From an uncultured virus (IMG/VR IMGVR_UViG_3300033571_018919) (lineage: Duplodnaviria > Heunggongvirae > Uroviricota > Caudoviricetes), in IMG/VR virus record IMGVR_UViG_3300033571_018919, positions 62,001 to 126,000 of that record: a stretch of 64,000 nucleotides of DNA; one strand, written 5' to 3'. Below the pieces are notes generated by a model, which was given only the letters and a program-made list of their open reading frames with translations, made no database searches and was not told where the DNA came from. This document shows, piece by piece, positions 45,600-55,740 of the stretch. A program made the position numbers and the translations under genes. Every line of letters starts with the position of its first letter. Positions within the stretch are counted from its first letter, which is position 1.

Positions 45600-47595
45600 C
45601 TTTTTTTCCTGCTCTCGACATTTGAAACAATTTCATTTTAATTCTCTCATTTGTGTCTTTTCTAAATGTTGCAAAATTTCTATACATACTGGATTTGTTT
45701 TTCCATTCGACATCAATAGCTTTTGTAACTAAACTTACGGTTTCTAATTTAGGTAATATTTTTTTGTTACCTTCTTCTTCCCATATGTCCCAACGATATT
45801 TGTTATCCCAAATGAGTTCTTCAGGCACTGCAAATGTACTATTTTTACAGTAAAGTAAGCAATCCTCAAGTAAATCATCTATTATTTCAACAAACTCACA
45901 TCTTAAAGATTCATATATTTCATCACGATTAGTACACCACAGCCAAGCATAAGAAGCATAAACAGTCCAAGTTCCTTTAATCGGTCCTATTTCAAATTGC
46001 CTCCATGACTTATTCCAAAACTTACCTTCAGCTATAGGGGTAAGGTATTCATCATAAATTGGCTTATAAAAATTATCAACCTTAGATAGTGCGGTGAAGA
46101 TTTTTTTGAAAACAACGTCTAACGGAACTTCTTTAATATGAAATAGTATGTCAATAAATGGAGTAAGCATTGCCATATTCATTAATACTAAGTTCATGTC
46201 ATTCATAAAAAACATTTCTTTCCAATCTTCAACAGAGTAGGAATAACAACTGATTGGAATATGAAGTGTATTTTCTTTGGGAAAGTTTTTTGATCTATAC
46301 AATTGTAAGGCGTTTGATTCATTGTCATTTAGTAAAGACATTGATTCATCTATTGCGATTGGTGCTAATTTCATATCAAATTTAGCTAAGTAATCGGGAT
46401 TACCTATAGGTGCATCAGGTAAAACATATAATGGGACATGATGAGTATGAGGTTTAATACTATTCATGAGTGAATATTCTATGGCTGTTTCTTGATAGAA
46501 TGTTTCTACTTTCATACCAGGCAAACCTAAAATAAGTTCAACAATCACATCAATGTCATATTTTTCAATTAAATATTTTGCTAGGCTTACATTTTCTTCA
46601 GGTGTAACATCTGTTCTTTCGATATTTTCTAATATCTTTTCATCAATTGTTTGTAGACTTATTTGATATAATGTTACAAGACCTGATTGAATCAAAGGTT
46701 CTAATACTGCTTGCCTTTTGGCAGATTTAGTTTTCGCTAATCCGGTTATACCTACGAATTTCATATAATCATTTTGTTGAGCCAGTAAATTTGCAATATC
46801 GGGATCTCTTTTTAAGATACCAAAGTTTGCATCAGTAAGCCAAACAGTATGAACATTTAACTCTCTAAAGAAAGAAATATCATCAACAAGACTTTCCATT
46901 TCTTTTACAATAACTTTAGTGTTTGTGCCTCCTCCCCATTCACAATAGGTACATTTATACATACAACCCCTATTTGTTTCGTACATAGCACCTAAAATTT
47001 TGTTTTTACTTTTAGCATATTCTGCAATTTTTCTAGCATGATCAATGTTTGCTCTTATAATATCTGGTGGATATTTAAACTCTCTTTTGTCTCCTTCCGG
47101 ACCGTAGCCTTTTCTTGAATAACTACCTCTTACCTTAAGCCAATTGATTTCGTTTTCTACTAACATATCTAACATGTCAGTTATAAAAAATTCACCGTAT
47201 TCAACTGGTCTAGAAACAACATCAAAATAGGGATGATTTTTAAACCATAAAAAAGGTTGAGTGTAGGTTGTGTGTTGGTGAGGACCGCCTAGCGATAAAA
47301 TTGCATTTGGCTTACGTTCTTTAATTGCGTTAGCAACTACCTTTACTATTTCCCAATTCCACATGTAACTACTAAATAAGTAAACATCAGCATCTTTACT
47401 TACGGCATCATCAACAATGTCATCTACCGAATATTGTTCATAGTCTGTAACAGGTGGTATCCATTCCCATTGTTCAACGTGTTTTCCATTTAATTCATAA
47501 TATCTTTTAAATTCATACCACATGAGTGGCAAATACACATGACTCATTTGCCATGTATTATAATGAAAAATAAATATTTTTTTCTTGTTATCCAT
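45592..47595 (-). CDS. Cobalamin-binding-type radical SAM protein (long form)
   Basis: FSSYMWN...LGGP, EYGE, YETNRGCMYKCTYCEWG, DANFG and ELILGLPG. Confidence 0.88.
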   Translation of the reverse strand: MDNKKKIFIFHYNTWQMSHVYLPLMWYEFKRYYELNGKHVEQWEWIPPVTDYEQYSVDDIVDDAVSKDADVYLFSSYMWNWEIVKVVANAIKERKPNAILSLGGPHQHTTYTQPFLWFKNHPYFDVVSRPVEYGEFFITDMLDMLVENEINWLKVRGSYSRKGYGPEGDKREFKYPPDIIRANIDHARKIAEYAKSKNKILGAMYETNRGCMYKCTYCEWGGGTNTKVIVKEMESLVDDISFFRELNVHTVWLTDANFGILKRDPDIANLLAQQNDYMKFVGITGLAKTKSAKRQAVLEPLIQSGLVTLYQISLQTIDEKILENIERTDVTPEENVSLAKYLIEKYDIDVIVELILGLPGMKVETFYQETAIEYSLMNSIKPHTHHVPLYVLPDAPIGNPDYLAKFDMKLAPIAIDESMSLLNDNESNALQLYRSKNFPKENTLHIPISCYSYSVEDWKEMFFMNDMNLVLMNMAMLTPFIDILFHIKEVPLDVVFKKIFTALSKVDNFYKPIYDEYLTPIAEGKFWNKSWRQFEIGPIKGTWTVYASYAWLWCTNRDEIYESLRCEFVEIIDDLLEDCLLYCKNSTFAVPEELIWDNKYRWDIWEEEGNKKILPKLETVSLVTKAIDVEWKNKSSMYRNFATFRKDTNERIKMKLFQMSRAGKKDE

Positions 47596-48247
47596 ATATC
47601 TTTTTGTGTATGTCTGTTAAATTAATTGGCCATTTTCCAAAATGTGTCAATCCTGATTTAAACAATAACTCTACATTTACTTTACTTTCAATTGTCGCTT
47701 TGCTAAATCTGTCAGTATCAAATCCTATGATACTTTTTACATTTTCAAGTTCTACAAATGGGTTTTCTTTTTCAACGGTAGCATAAAAATCTATACAATG
47801 CATTTGACCATTAGTATCATAATAATGACTATGAGGATAAATCGTTGCTTTTAAATATCCTAAATTTACTTGATCGTAAATTATTGTACTTATATCTTCG
47901 TACCAATTTTCGTTTAAATTTTTATGTTTAAAAATTAAATCATTGCAGGTATTACCATACCATTTTATGAAAATTTTATTATCTTTAATATCTAATACTT
48001 CGGGTGCATATGGTTTTGATTCAAAAATTTTTAAATATTTACACTCACGTTCAAACATAAATTCAATATGATTTTTATCATAACACAATCTTACCTGTTT
48101 AGATTGATATTCATTTGGGTAAGAAAAATTCATGCAAAAAACATTGCCCTCAGGATTAATTCTGGGTTCATAACACATTTGAGTTGTTGTTAGCTCACCA
48201 GTGGACTCATGAGTTTTATAATATAAATTCCAGTTTTCTAAATCCAT
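47588..48247 (-). CDS. Protein-kinase-like fold protein; paralog of 32955-33638
   Basis: FERECKYL...APEVLDI...KATIYPHSHYYDTNGQMHCIDFY. Confidence 0.5.
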   Translation of the reverse strand: MDLENWNLYYKTHESTGELTTTQMCYEPRINPEGNVFCMNFSYPNEYQSKQVRLCYDKNHIEFMFERECKYLKIFESKPYAPEVLDIKDNKIFIKWYGNTCNDLIFKHKNLNENWYEDISTIIYDQVNLGYLKATIYPHSHYYDTNGQMHCIDFYATVEKENPFVELENVKSIIGFDTDRFSKATIESKVNVELLFKSGLTHFGKWPINLTDIHKKIYG

Positions 48248-48251
48248 CTGG

Positions 48252-48268
48252 TATTTATCGTGTAAATA
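48252..48268. promoter_or_regulatory. Back-to-back TAAATA motifs at a divergent junction
   Basis: TATTTA 48252-48257 (4 nt from ATG 48247, minus strand) and TAAATA 48263-48268 (10 nt before ATG 48279). Confidence 0.55.
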
Positions 48269-48278
48269 GCTCTTAGAT

Positions 48279-49673
48279 ATGAAAGATAAAATTCAAAATT
48301 ACATTAAACTAGTAGAAGAAAAAACAGGAACACCCACATTTTGCGCACTACCTTGGATACACTTAGCAACTAGGCCTAACGGCGACGCAAGACTTTGCTG
48401 TGTAACGAACGCAAGCGGAGCCACAACCGGTGACCACACGGTTGGGCTTGTGAAAAAAGAAAATGGCAAGCCGGCTAATTTTGGAAAAGATTCTTTATTA
48501 GACGCATTTAATAATGATTATATGCGTAGTGTTAGAACAACTATGCTAGCAGGTAATATTCCAGCCAGTTGCACAAAATGCTTTGAAGAAGAAGAAAACG
48601 GCGTAGTAAGTAAAAGGTTATGGGAACTGTATGAATGGAATAGGGACGGGTTAGATTTCAATCAATTAATTAGAGATACGATGGAAGATGGCACTGTACC
48701 TCCAATTATAAGGTATATGGATTTACGTTTAGGGCACACATGCAATTTAAAATGTGTAATGTGTAGTCCACATGATTCTAGTCGTTGGCTTCAAGATTAT
48801 GACAAAGTAATGAATCGTACTACAAGTCAAGTTGTTAAGTTTCAATTAAACTTTGATGCCGAATCATTTAACAATGTTTGGTACGAAAAGCCTACATTTT
48901 GGGATGAAGTGTTTGAACAGATACCAAACATAACACAATTATATTTCGCAGGTGGCGAACCGCTGATGATTAAAGAACATCGTAAATTTTTAGATGAAAT
49001 AGTTAAGCGTGGTTATGCAAAAAACATTAGTTTACGATATAACAGTAACGGAATATTTGTTAATGAAGATATTATAAACGTTTGGAAAGAGTTTAAACAA
49101 GTTAGATATGCTTTTAGTTTAGATGCTATTTTTGATAGAAATCATTATATTCGATATCCGGCTAATTGGGACGAAATTGAAAGTAGTTTGCGTCTAATGG
49201 ATAATACACCTGAACATATTCATTGTGCGATTGCATGTGCTGTACAAGCACTTAACATTAAACACATAGTAGAATTTGCTAAATGGAAAATAAGCCAAAA
49301 TTTTAAAAAAATCAATAAATTTAAATTAGATGAATATGAAACTGGTGGTGGAATAATTAACTTGCACTTATTGTACATCCCTACATTTTTGAGTGCTAGA
49401 ATTTTACCAAAAGAGGATAAGTTAGAAATTAGAAAACTTATTTTAGATTTTAAACAATGGCTATGGAAAAATTACACACAGGATGATAATTTTTGGCACA
49501 TTAATCCATATGGTTGGAAAAGATGGGAAGCTATTTTAAAATTCGTTGAAGCAGAAGATCATTCTCATTTATTAGATGACTTTAAAGAATATATTAAAAA
49601 TTTAGACGCTGTAAGAAATTTAAATTCTAGTCAAATTTTTCCTGAGCTTTCGCATTTATTTGATCAAGTATAA
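48279..49673 (+). CDS. Radical SAM protein with N-terminal twitch/SPASM-like domain
   Basis: FCALPW...RLCC...SCTKC, then CNLKCVMC and FAGGEP. Confidence 0.9.
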   Translation: MKDKIQNYIKLVEEKTGTPTFCALPWIHLATRPNGDARLCCVTNASGATTGDHTVGLVKKENGKPANFGKDSLLDAFNNDYMRSVRTTMLAGNIPASCTKCFEEEENGVVSKRLWELYEWNRDGLDFNQLIRDTMEDGTVPPIIRYMDLRLGHTCNLKCVMCSPHDSSRWLQDYDKVMNRTTSQVVKFQLNFDAESFNNVWYEKPTFWDEVFEQIPNITQLYFAGGEPLMIKEHRKFLDEIVKRGYAKNISLRYNSNGIFVNEDIINVWKEFKQVRYAFSLDAIFDRNHYIRYPANWDEIESSLRLMDNTPEHIHCAIACAVQALNIKHIVEFAKWKISQNFKKINKFKLDEYETGGGIINLHLLYIPTFLSARILPKEDKLEIRKLILDFKQWLWKNYTQDDNFWHINPYGWKRWEAILKFVEAEDHSHLLDDFKEYIKNLDAVRNLNSSQIFPELSHLFDQV

Positions 49674-50403
49674 CCTTCGCAAATTTTCTATGCCAATTAG
49701 GACTAGGACTAGCACCGTCTCTAGCCGTGTCATTGCCAACAGTTTTCTCATCAGTTGAATCCATATACAAATTATACGGTACTGTATATAAGTCTACGTT
49801 ATACACTTGACGGACTAACTCTACCATATGTGTATTTTTGTCTCTATTGTACTTGCAAGATGTTTTATCAATGCCAAAAAAATACCCATCATACGGTGGT
49901 TTTGAATATGCAGTAACTGCCTCATGATGGTGGTCTAAGAACACTTCTCTACGCACATCTTGTGGCCACATAATAATAACACTTAGTTTTTTACATTTTG
50001 GTAAAAAATATGGTACTGTGCAAGATACCATTCTAGCAATTGTATCTGGTGCAGCTTTAGCAATTGCTAAATTAAGTATTCTTATATTTGGCAAACTGCG
50101 TTCGATGACTCTAAGAAATATATCACGATCGGCTATTCCTGTTCCAGCTGTGGAACTATTCCCAAACCCCAAAAATAATTCATCATATTGATGATATGAT
50201 TCTTCAAATTCTTTTTCTCTATAACCTAAAGAGTTTACAGTGTAAACAATATCATCACTATCAAATCTTGCATTTTTAGGATTATCAGGGCTCTCAGGAA
50301 ATAGATTGCTTGCCCATTTAAATGTAGTGCCCGCTACTTTTTCCATAGGACTGGCTGCGATCCATGCGGGAGGAATATGAGGATAAAAATATTTATTAGC
50401 CAT
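49627..50403 (-). CDS. Hypothetical protein, SGNH-like
   Basis: YTVNSLGYR..EF, FGNSSTAGTG, ILNLAI and ARDG.SP (His of the usual DxxH absent). Confidence 0.55.
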   Translation of the reverse strand: MANKYFYPHIPPAWIAASPMEKVAGTTFKWASNLFPESPDNPKNARFDSDDIVYTVNSLGYREKEFEESYHQYDELFLGFGNSSTAGTGIADRDIFLRVIERSLPNIRILNLAIAKAAPDTIARMVSCTVPYFLPKCKKLSVIIMWPQDVRREVFLDHHHEAVTAYSKPPYDGYFFGIDKTSCKYNRDKNTHMVELVRQVYNVDLYTVPYNLYMDSTDEKTVGNDTARDGASPSPNWHRKFAKVILDQINAKAQEKFD

Positions 50404-51304
50404 TTTTTACCTTTGTTAATGGAATGTCAGACGCACAAGTACAAAAATCCCTAGTGCAAATTATAGGGTCTATGGGTAATTTAAAATCATCTTTGTATAT
50501 ATTTCCTAAACTACCTCCAACTCTACACGTAGCACGATGCACTTCACCGTCCCAGTTAATCATCAAACTTTCTAAACCTGCGTTACAGCTCCAACCCTTA
50601 TATTTATTAAAGTGTTTTTTAATAATATCATTGGCGTGCATTTTAATATTGTCATCAATAATACTATTGGGTTCAACAGTAGCATCTTTACTTAATATCC
50701 AATCTAAATCATTTTGATCGTAGCGCATATCATCAAATATATTATGATCATCATTTGTCCAACGAATTCTACGAATCGTGTACGGTACGTTGTAAACCTC
50801 TAACCTTTGAGTTGCGATTCTAACTTCTTTCATTTTATCAGGATGAGCCATAATATTAATCATACAAGGTTTGCGCATGCCTGGCTCTACATCACTTGCT
50901 GCGTAACGTAATATTGTGTCTAATACTCTTTTCCAGTCTTTTTCAAAATGCAGACTAAACACAATATGATTTACTGGCAATCTAAAATAATAAATCGGAC
51001 TTCTTGTTCCATTAGTTGTTACATTTATCCATTTAATGTCTTTGTGAACGCAATATTGAACCAATTCTTCAAAATCAGGATGTACTGTAGGTTCTCCGCC
51101 TGTAAAACTAAGTCGTATAGGCTTACCCAATATTACTAGTTTGTCTACCGTTGCCTTTAGTACCTCTATGTCAGTGTGCGGGCTATTATTGTCATGTATA
51201 CTACTAGGACAATAACTACAATCATAGTTACAACGTTTACCTAAGTTCCATTCAACCTTAATGCTGTCTTGATGATGCCAACGACTTGTTATTTTTTGCA
51301 TCAT
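50396..51304 (-). CDS. Radical SAM protein with C-terminal SPASM-like Cys cluster
   Basis: CNYDCSYC, FTGGEPT, TTNG and C-terminal CNAG...C...CTRDFCTC. Confidence 0.9.
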   Translation of the reverse strand: MMQKITSRWHHQDSIKVEWNLGKRCNYDCSYCPSSIHDNNSPHTDIEVLKATVDKLVILGKPIRLSFTGGEPTVHPDFEELVQYCVHKDIKWINVTTNGTRSPIYYFRLPVNHIVFSLHFEKDWKRVLDTILRYAASDVEPGMRKPCMINIMAHPDKMKEVRIATQRLEVYNVPYTIRRIRWTNDDHNIFDDMRYDQNDLDWILSKDATVEPNSIIDDNIKMHANDIIKKHFNKYKGWSCNAGLESLMINWDGEVHRATCRVGGSLGNIYKDDFKLPIDPIICTRDFCTCASDIPLTKVKNG

Positions 51305-52221
51305 AATATTGATCTTATTTGAGCATGGTCAATCGACATTTCGTGATATTTATTGTCATTATAAAACTTTAAATTTTTGACAGTTACATTATCACCTAAG
51401 ATATCTTTATTCCACATCAATTTGCATAGATGATTTGGTATATACCAATCTCCAACATTATTGTGGTAATCTAAAAGAGTTTGATCAATTATTAATTTAC
51501 CTAATACATATCTACCTAATGATAGTTTGTTTAAGTCATGCAATGGGATATTAAATTTGCACTGTTTTGCCCACCGGTAAAAGAAAATTTCACTAGCCTT
51601 TGGAAAATTATATTCGGGTTTAAAAAATAACAAAGTTTCTGAACTAATTGTATTTTGGGCTGCTAACTCTGTATAATCATCATCGTCCGTAGACAAGTCT
51701 AACCAATCTTTGCCTAAAGTGCCGTAACCTAAAATTAAATCGCCCCACTTATTATTAGATTCTAGCCATATTTTATATTCTTCTTTTATGGGTATGTATT
51801 GTTCACTATTTGCAGAATAGAATACTATATTCGAATTGTATTCAGAATATTTACTGTTAATCTTATTTTCTAAAACATGTATTAATTTATTCAATGTAGA
51901 TAATGTATCGTCATTGGATTCGTTAGTTAATTTGACTAGTAAACTATGCGTTTTATTTAAATCAGTTTTGGTAAAATTTTTAGGAATCTCTTTAATATTA
52001 ATTGTTGTACAGATGTCATTTGCTAATCTTAATACCTTGTCAGTTGGCGTATTCATTTGAATACCTGTATTATATTCACTAGTTTCTAATTGTATCTGTT
52101 GCCATATATGCTGTACAGGATTATCAATGAGTTGATAATTCAATTTTAGATCACCTACACGACAACTTATAGTTATTTCTAAGGTGTTGTAACCTTCTAT
52201 ATTTTGAAAAATCTCTTTCAT
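51301..52221 (-). CDS. Hypothetical protein
   Basis: 306-aa ORF translationally coupled on both sides; LNKLIHVLE and LGYGTLGKDW. Confidence 0.7.
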   Translation of the reverse strand: MKEIFQNIEGYNTLEITISCRVGDLKLNYQLIDNPVQHIWQQIQLETSEYNTGIQMNTPTDKVLRLANDICTTINIKEIPKNFTKTDLNKTHSLLVKLTNESNDDTLSTLNKLIHVLENKINSKYSEYNSNIVFYSANSEQYIPIKEEYKIWLESNNKWGDLILGYGTLGKDWLDLSTDDDDYTELAAQNTISSETLLFFKPEYNFPKASEIFFYRWAKQCKFNIPLHDLNKLSLGRYVLGKLIIDQTLLDYHNNVGDWYIPNHLCKLMWNKDILGDNVTVKNLKFYNDNKYHEMSIDHAQIRSIL

Positions 52222-53480
52222 ATGTAATCCTTAAATTCCGGAGTCACCTCTAAAAAACTCTGTTTTCTAGTATTATCCAATCGCATATTGAAATTAATTG
52301 TATCTACCCAAAGATGGCTCTCATCTTTTGCTGTTAGAAAGTTCAAAACGCCATTTATTTGATTTAATGTCAACTCATATAACATCGGGTGTTTTTTAAC
52401 CATTTTAAAATCTTGCAGTCTTTCAGATACAAGTTTAAGTTTAGAACTAGCAATGTTTTTTAATTGCTCAGGTAATACTTGTATACTTAAACAATTTGGA
52501 TATCTAACCATATTAGTATAGAAAACAATTTCTAACTCATCTAAGAAATACTCAATCATTTCGTCTAATATTAATATGTTAGATATTTGAACAGCTACAG
52601 CTCCTACTATTCGATTAATATTAGTAATACTTTGAACTTCTTTAATATTCTTAATTAATATATCCCACTCAGCATTACCTCGAATGTATTCATAAGAATC
52701 TTTCATGCCATCTATACTGACATTTAATGCAACGCTTTTAAAATAAGGCCAATATTCATATATATTACGATTTCCCTTACCTAACATTGTTAAATTTGTG
52801 GCGTATTTAATTTCAATTTGATGTCCATATGGTTTGAGCATATTTAATATGCGATAATGCTGCGGATCCATCAAAGGTTCACCTCCTGCAAACTCTACTC
52901 GCCTAAAGTATGGTAAATTTTTTTCTAAGCTAGACCACCAATTGGGATTGTCTTCAAATTTATCTAATAGCGGCTTGTTTTCTAAATTATGATCTTCCAC
53001 TAATTGATATATAACTTTACCGGATTCTTTATAAAAGTCTTTAATTTCTGCCCAGTCATTCCAGCTAGTGCTATCGCCGGGATGACACATCCTGCATTTT
53101 AAATTACATAGATTATTCAGCTTTAATTCCATAGTAGGAATTTTAAAAGGCATGGTCATTGTCGGATGAAGATCATCAAATGCATTTGGGTAAAGTTTTA
53201 TACGGGCTTCTGGTATCTCACCCTTAATATGTCGTTGACGTAAACTTTCTACACCTTGGTCTTCTAAGCTGAAGCAAGGTTCGCATTCTGGTGGACGTTC
53301 TCCGGACAAAACTTGAGAACGTATTCTTCTCATCGTATGGTTATTCCATATTTCTTCTAAAGTATTATCCTGTATATTACCAATTGGATGACTGCGGCAA
53401 CACACTTGTATGGCGCCATCTTCTCTTGTTGCTAATCCGGTAAAAGGATGCATACAAAATGTTTTACTATTACATTGCAT
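52218..53480 (-). CDS. Radical SAM protein with N-terminal twitch/SPASM-like domain
   Basis: FCMHPF...QVCC...ECEPC, then CNLKCRMC and FAGGEP. Confidence 0.9.
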   Translation of the reverse strand: MQCNSKTFCMHPFTGLATREDGAIQVCCRSHPIGNIQDNTLEEIWNNHTMRRIRSQVLSGERPPECEPCFSLEDQGVESLRQRHIKGEIPEARIKLYPNAFDDLHPTMTMPFKIPTMELKLNNLCNLKCRMCHPGDSTSWNDWAEIKDFYKESGKVIYQLVEDHNLENKPLLDKFEDNPNWWSSLEKNLPYFRRVEFAGGEPLMDPQHYRILNMLKPYGHQIEIKYATNLTMLGKGNRNIYEYWPYFKSVALNVSIDGMKDSYEYIRGNAEWDILIKNIKEVQSITNINRIVGAVAVQISNILILDEMIEYFLDELEIVFYTNMVRYPNCLSIQVLPEQLKNIASSKLKLVSERLQDFKMVKKHPMLYELTLNQINGVLNFLTAKDESHLWVDTINFNMRLDNTRKQSFLEVTPEFKDYI

Positions 53481-54204
53481 TACTTATAGCCCAATTTCTT
53501 TCTTTACACCAAAAACATATATCACATGTAGGTACATGTTGATTAGGTATGTATGTTTCATAAGTTATCCCTTCAAATTCACCCTCGCAACTTCTTGTTA
53601 TAGAAAATAAGTCTAATAAGTTTCTTTTTCTATATTGTTGAATTACCCAATGTTTCTCAATAAATCTAAATGGGTGTATGGCATATACATTCATGTGCTT
53701 CATTAAACGCAGGTGTTGATTAAATTCAGTAGGATCAATATCTCTTTCTTTCATCCCATCAAAGTTTTTATTTTTTGGATTTCTCGTAACACCATTATAG
53801 TAAGCACTAATTTTATTGTGATAACAAACATATTCACTATACGCACGTATTTGAATATTATCTCCGCTTACTTTTTTACCATATTCGTCCATAAGCACAG
53901 GACCAGTTGCACCATATTCAATATCCGGTGCAATAAAATTTACGTGTCTAGTCCATTCGAACGTTGGAAACTTCTTTGTTAAGTATTCATATACATTTTT
54001 TGAATCATATTCTTGCCATGGTCTAGTTTTCCACATACGAATATGACTTATGATATGAATTTTCAGATTAGGGTTTTCATTTACTGCAAGTGAACATAAT
54101 AGATATGCTAATAGCGCCGAATCGGCACCACCACTTAAACTGACAGCGATACTAGGCCATTCTTTATCATAGGGTATGTTAACGCCGTCTATGTTATATT
54201 CCAT
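53470..54204 (-). CDS. PP-loop ATPase, QueC-like
   Basis: SLSGGADS PP-loop; C-terminal TRSC...CDICFWCKER zinc-type motif. Confidence 0.75.
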   Translation of the reverse strand: MEYNIDGVNIPYDKEWPSIAVSLSGGADSALLAYLLCSLAVNENPNLKIHIISHIRMWKTRPWQEYDSKNVYEYLTKKFPTFEWTRHVNFIAPDIEYGATGPVLMDEYGKKVSGDNIQIRAYSEYVCYHNKISAYYNGVTRNPKNKNFDGMKERDIDPTEFNQHLRLMKHMNVYAIHPFRFIEKHWVIQQYRKRNLLDLFSITRSCEGEFEGITYETYIPNQHVPTCDICFWCKERNWAISNAM

Positions 54205-55048
54205 TTTCTTCTAAATAACGAATTAAAGGTGAAACACCGACTGGCATGCCATTTTTTAATGCTAAATAAATGCTTTTTGTTTCAGTTAAATTAAAGTCCT
54301 TGCAAATTGTCTTATATCTATGTTCATGAGTATTCCAAAGGTAATCAGGTACTAGCTCATCTAAAAAATATGAACCAATCATTACTAATGCCTTATTATT
54401 CATATGGAAATCGTTCATTATTGTAATACTATCGCTATCTTCATTTGACCATCGTAAACCTATTCTGTTCCAACCTAACCCTAATCCTTTACTTAAACTA
54501 ATACCCACCGATTTAATATTTGGGTGATTAAAATCAAATTCTATGTCAGTACATGTTGTAACCCATGCTCCGTCGATATGTACATCAATTTTTTTCTCTG
54601 CACACTCACTGAGTATATCCTGCATATTATTATGTATAGATCCTATTTGTGGAAATGGCATAGCGATAATTAAAGGCACACCATGTATTAAATTTTTTGG
54701 GGTAACAAGGTATGATAAGTTTAATCTACTGTGGTATCTGTAGTCATCAACTAGTGTTTGTACCCGATGGTGCATATAAATGTTATCGATAAATTGAGTG
54801 CATCCGTTAATAATATCTATACGGTTAAATTTTTTCAATCCATATAACGAATTACGTTTAGATTCTGATAACCAATTTACAAATCGAAACTTAAATCTAT
54901 TATAAACCTCATTACTAATGTCTTTGTCCAAACATCCATGCAACACTTGTTGTATTAGAGTGTCAATTTTTTTATCTGTAAGTGGTTGTGGTCTTTCTAT
55001 TTCTAAATACTTACTATCATAATCGGGTGCAATTTTAATTCTATCCAC
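54194..55048 (-). CDS. PLP-dependent transferase-like protein
   Basis: VHIDGAW and ISLSKGLGLGWNRIG fold-type-I PLP lysine motif; GTG start. Confidence 0.7.
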   Translation of the reverse strand: MDRIKIAPDYDSKYLEIERPQPLTDKKIDTLIQQVLHGCLDKDISNEVYNRFKFRFVNWLSESKRNSLYGLKKFNRIDIINGCTQFIDNIYMHHRVQTLVDDYRYHSRLNLSYLVTPKNLIHGVPLIIAMPFPQIGSIHNNMQDILSECAEKKIDVHIDGAWVTTCTDIEFDFNHPNIKSVGISLSKGLGLGWNRIGLRWSNEDSDSITIMNDFHMNNKALVMIGSYFLDELVPDYLWNTHEHRYKTICKDFNLTETKSIYLALKNGMPVGVSPLIRYLEENGI

Positions 55049-55052
55049 TGAC

Positions 55053-55067
55053 TATTTACTATAAATA
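55053..55067. promoter_or_regulatory. Back-to-back TAAATA motifs for divergent leaderless genes
   Basis: TATTTA 55053-55058 (4 nt from GTG 55048, minus strand) and TATAAATA 55060-55067 (4 nt before ATG 55072). Confidence 0.65.
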
Positions 55068-55071
55068 TTTC

Positions 55072-55740
55072 ATGCTTTCAAAATTGACTCTTTCTGTAGA
55101 CGTAGATAGTTTAGTAAAACAAGTTAGTGAACTTAATTTTGGTAAAAGTTTATCCATTAATTATACCACAGGAAAATTACTTAATGGTCCTTATCTAACG
55201 AAACCCGAATTTCTAAATACTCCTTTAGGAAATATTTTACAATCTATTGAAAATGTAGGTGAAGCTAGATTATTAAAACTAGAAAGTGGAGAATCTTATA
55301 CTGCACATTCTGACCCAGATGATAGAATACATGTTCCTATCATAACCAATCTATATTCTTATATTATGGATTTGGACAACAATAAAATGTATCATTTGCC
55401 TGCTGATGGATCAGTGTGGTATATGGACACAAGTGTTACACATGTGGCAGCAAACTTTGGAGGTAGAACTAGAATACATTTAAACATTCGAGTGCTACTT
55501 CCTAAATTTAAATCCCCTGGCTACAAATTAACTGTTACAGGAGGCGATTATGATTGGAAACAGGAAGCATATTTTACCTTAATGACTTTTTTTAATAAAT
55601 CTATTAAAGAAAGAATTATTACAGGATTTGAAAAGGTAAACGAAAGAGAAGTTTTATTAAATTGTGATCCAATCGTGCTTAATCCTTACATAAAAAAATT
55701 AGAAGATAAAGGGTTTAGTATATCTTTAAGCGCCACATAA
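55072..55740 (+). CDS. Aspartyl/asparaginyl beta-hydroxylase-like Fe(II)/2OG oxygenase
   Basis: ARLLKL..G..YTAHSD..DRIHVPIITN...HVAANFG...RIHL. Confidence 0.75.
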   Translation: MLSKLTLSVDVDSLVKQVSELNFGKSLSINYTTGKLLNGPYLTKPEFLNTPLGNILQSIENVGEARLLKLESGESYTAHSDPDDRIHVPIITNLYSYIMDLDNNKMYHLPADGSVWYMDTSVTHVAANFGGRTRIHLNIRVLLPKFKSPGYKLTVTGGDYDWKQEAYFTLMTFFNKSIKERIITGFEKVNEREVLLNCDPIVLNPYIKKLEDKGFSISLSAT

